DNA from: an uncultured Clostridia bacterium
GTDB taxonomy: Bacteria > Bacillota > Clostridia > Christensenellales > CAG-917
Assembly: GCA_944332995.1 (NCBI GenBank)
Contig: CALVKR010000004.1
Coordinates: 88,504-152,503 of the forward strand
Direction of reading: 5' to 3'
Length of the DNA stretch: 64,000 nucleotides
The first letter of the stretch is position 1. Each line of letters begins with the position of its first letter. The notes under the pieces are model-generated. The model did not search any database. It worked only from the letters and a program-made list of their open reading frames with translations, and was not told the DNA's origin. The translations under genes were made by a program, and so were the position numbers. This document shows positions 61,552 to 64,000 of this stretch, in pieces.

Positions 61552-61696
61552 TTCACACCTTATGTTTGCCTTTTGCGGCTTTTTGTTATGTATGCCTATA
61601 CGGCTTGTCGTGTCGTTATTGTTGCTTTAAAAGCATTTGCCTGACTGCTGCGCCTTGACTTTGCGCCTTTGCCTTTTGCGCAAAACGCCGAGCGTT

Positions 61697-62707
61697 TTAT
61701 AATATCCAAATGCCTGCGGCGTGGCAGACTTCCACCATTTCGTCCGGCCAGAGAGATACCTGCACCTCGCCGATATGCGCTTTTTGGAGCAACAGCATGC
61801 AAAGCCTTGACTGACCTATGCCGCCGCCTATCGTGAGCGGATATTTTCCCTGCAAGATACCCTTGTGATATTCGAGCGACAGCCTGTCCTCGCAATCCGC
61901 TATCTCAAGCTGAGAACGGAGAGCTGTGCCGTCTACCCTTATGCCCATAGAGCTTATCTCGATAGATTCGCCGAGCACCTTGTCCCAAAAGAGAATATCG
62001 CCGTTGAGTTTCCAATCGTCGTAGTCGGGCGCTCTGCTGTCGTGCTTTTCGCCGGATTTGAGCTCGCCGCCTATGCACATCAAAAACACCGTTTTATATT
62101 CCCTCGTGATGAGATTTTCTCTCTCTTTGGGGGTTTTGTCGGGATACATATCCTCGAGTTCCTGCGTCGTGATAAACTTTACGTCCCTTGAGAGTTTAAG
62201 GTCGATTTTGTCGAACGCCTTTTTCGTTTCGTCAAGAGTGTCGCAGATGGCATTGACTATTTTGACCACTATGCCCTTTAAAAACTCGACGTTGCGCTGT
62301 TCGGGCGTGATGACCATTTCCCAGTCCCATTGGTCGACGTAAATGGAATGTTGATTGTCGCAACGGTCGTCACGGCGGATAGCGTTCATATCCGTATAAA
62401 TTCCCTCACCCGGGTTGAAGCCGTATTTTGCGAGCGCCACTCTCTTCCACTTGGCGAGAGAATGAACGATTTCCGCATTGATGTTTTCCTGTTCCTTTAT
62501 GTCGAAACGAACGGCTCTTTCCACACCGTTGAGGTCGTCGTTGAGTCCCGTTCTGCTCTTGACAAAGAGCGGAGCGGAAATTCTTTCAAGACCGAGCGCC
62601 TCGATAAACTTTTTTTGGAAAGTATCTTTGACGAATTTGACTGCCCTTTCCGTTTCTCTTATGCTGAGTTTTGATTGATAATTTTGCGGTGTCTTTAATT
62701 TATACAT
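61697..62707 (-). CDS. asnA: aspartate--ammonia ligase
   Basis: KLSIRETERAVKFVKDTFQ..LERISAPLFV..GLNDDLNG..IGGGIGQSRLCM. Confidence 0.9.
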   Translation of the reverse strand: MYKLKTPQNYQSKLSIRETERAVKFVKDTFQKKFIEALGLERISAPLFVKSRTGLNDDLNGVERAVRFDIKEQENINAEIVHSLAKWKRVALAKYGFNPGEGIYTDMNAIRRDDRCDNQHSIYVDQWDWEMVITPEQRNVEFLKGIVVKIVNAICDTLDETKKAFDKIDLKLSRDVKFITTQELEDMYPDKTPKERENLITREYKTVFLMCIGGELKSGEKHDSRAPDYDDWKLNGDILFWDKVLGESIEISSMGIRVDGTALRSQLEIADCEDRLSLEYHKGILQGKYPLTIGGGIGQSRLCMLLLQKAHIGEVQVSLWPDEMVEVCHAAGIWIL

Positions 62708-62709
62708 AT

Positions 62710-64000
62710 TTACTCCATTAAATCTTTTGCCGTTCTTGCGTAAAGCTGAACGTCCCTGATGTTGGGAATACCCGTAACGTACATCATAATGCGCTCGAGT
62801 CCGAGTCCGAAACCGCTGTGAGGAACGCTTCCGAATTTTCTGAGTTCCATATAACCTTTGTAGTCGGCAAGGTTCATATTCCTTTCCTTCATTGCCGTGA
62901 GGAGTTTATCGAAATCCGCCTCTCTCTCGCTACAGCCGATTATCTCGCCTACACCGGGCACTAAAAGGTCGGTGGCGGCAACCGTTTTGCCGTCGTCGTT
63001 TTGCTTCATGTAGAACGACTTTATCTTTTTGGGATAATTTATGACGAATACGGGTTTATTGAAAACCTGCTCGGTTATATATCTCTCGTGCTCCGTCTGA
63101 AGGTCAAGCCCCCATTCGACGGGATATTTGAACTGAACATCCGCTTTCTTGAGAAGCTCTATAGCGTCGGTATAATCTAAAATTTGAAAATCGCTGTTTA
63201 CAACCTTGGTGAGCTTTTCGACGAGTCCTTTTTCAAAGTTGGCGTCAAAGAAAGCAAGCTCCTCTTTGCAGTTGTCGAGCACGTAGCCTATGATATACTT
63301 TATCATGTTTTCCGCTATCTCGATTATATCCATCAGTTTGGCAAACGCAACTTCAGGCTCAATCTGCCAAAACTCTGCGGCGTGGCGGGGCGTGTTCGAG
63401 TTTTCCGCTCTGAACGTGGGGCCGAACGTGTATATCTTGCCCATAGCCATTGCGGCGACTTCCCCTTCAAGCTGTCCCGACACCGTAAGACCCGCCCTTC
63501 TGCCGAAAAAGTCCGCTTTTAAATATTCTTCTTCCGTTTTAAAGGATTTGATTTTATCGAAGCTGAGGCTCGTAACTCTGAAAATCTCGCCCGCTCCCTC
63601 GCAGTCGCTTCCGGTAAAAATGGGAGTGTTGACGTAAACGAAGTTGTTTTTTTGGAAAAACTCGTGAATGGCAAAAGAAATTTTCGAGCGCACTCTGAGC
63701 ATGGCGTTGAAAGTGTTCGTCCTCACTCTCAGATGAGGAATGGAACGGAGATACTCGAGCGTGTGATATTTCTTTTGCAAAGGATAATCGGCAGGACAAT
63801 CGCCGAGCAAAGTGATTTTTGAGGCATTGACCTCAACGGAATCTTTTTGCACTGCGCCTTCCACCAAAACGCCCTCGACTTCTACGGAACAGCCTACGCT
63901 GAACGAATTCATGAAATTTTCGTCAAACTTGGTTTTGTCGATGACTATCTGCAAATGCTTCAAGGAGGTGCCGTCGTTGATTGCCATAAACGACATGGTC
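62710..64000 (-). CDS. asnS: asparagine--tRNA ligase (about 30 N-terminal residues lie beyond the window end)
   Basis: FRVRSKISFAIHEFF..VNTPIFTGSDCEGAGE..FGPTFRAENSNTPRHAAEFWQIEPE..GSVPHSGFGLGLER. The frame stays open through position 64000. Confidence 0.9.
   Translation of the reverse strand, partial: TMSFMAINDGTSLKHLQIVIDKTKFDENFMNSFSVGCSVEVEGVLVEGAVQKDSVEVNASKITLLGDCPADYPLQKKYHTLEYLRSIPHLRVRTNTFNAMLRVRSKISFAIHEFFQKNNFVYVNTPIFTGSDCEGAGEIFRVTSLSFDKIKSFKTEEEYLKADFFGRRAGLTVSGQLEGEVAAMAMGKIYTFGPTFRAENSNTPRHAAEFWQIEPEVAFAKLMDIIEIAENMIKYIIGYVLDNCKEELAFFDANFEKGLVEKLTKVVNSDFQILDYTDAIELLKKADVQFKYPVEWGLDLQTEHERYITEQVFNKPVFVINYPKKIKSFYMKQNDDGKTVAATDLLVPGVGEIIGCSEREADFDKLLTAMKERNMNLADYKGYMELRKFGSVPHSGFGLGLERIMMYVTGIPNIRDVQLYARTAKDLME

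Overview
This window looks like a chromosomal segment of a spore-forming Firmicute, probably a Clostridia-type organism. That call rests on yabP-yabQ, the pth-mfd block, strong GGAGG-type ribosome-binding sites and a G-box riboswitch. I call about 52 protein genes, roughly three quarters of them on the minus strand, and most are housekeeping. They include an eight-gene purine operon (purE-C-F-M-N-H-D-L), six aminoacyl-tRNA-synthetase-related genes (proS, a short alaS, glnS, aspS, asnA, asnS), pth, mfd, tadA, rlmH and rex. There are also transporters (uracil permease, a purine permease behind a guanine riboswitch, two CDF exporters, an ECF S-component), a GH31 hydrolase, an Ldh2-dehydrogenase/malic-enzyme pair and an SCP2/Fe-ADH pair. 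I found no rRNA, tRNA, CRISPR array, transposase, integrase or recognisable defence system.

The items most worth a second look are:
- An argininosuccinate-lyase-fold protein with its catalytic signatures erased, sitting just upstream of purE.
- A strand-specific family of A/C-rich degenerate 13-14 nt tandem repeats (core AAACCGAC / CGACAAGC) in several 3' and intergenic regions.
- Near-consensus promoters whose -10 box ends 6-7 nt before the ATG at four or more genes, which implies leaderless mRNAs.
- Two tandem MreB-like actins with no mreCD and a shared extra C-terminal tail.
- A translationally coupled HxxxDG acyltransferase and zinc-ribbon polytopic membrane protein.
- A 598-aa AlaRS lacking the C-Ala domain, coupled by an ATGA overlap to a PHP phosphatase.
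- A duplicated zinc-ribbon protein with a poly-acidic tail.

All calls come from reading the sequence and from family knowledge by memory. No searches were run.
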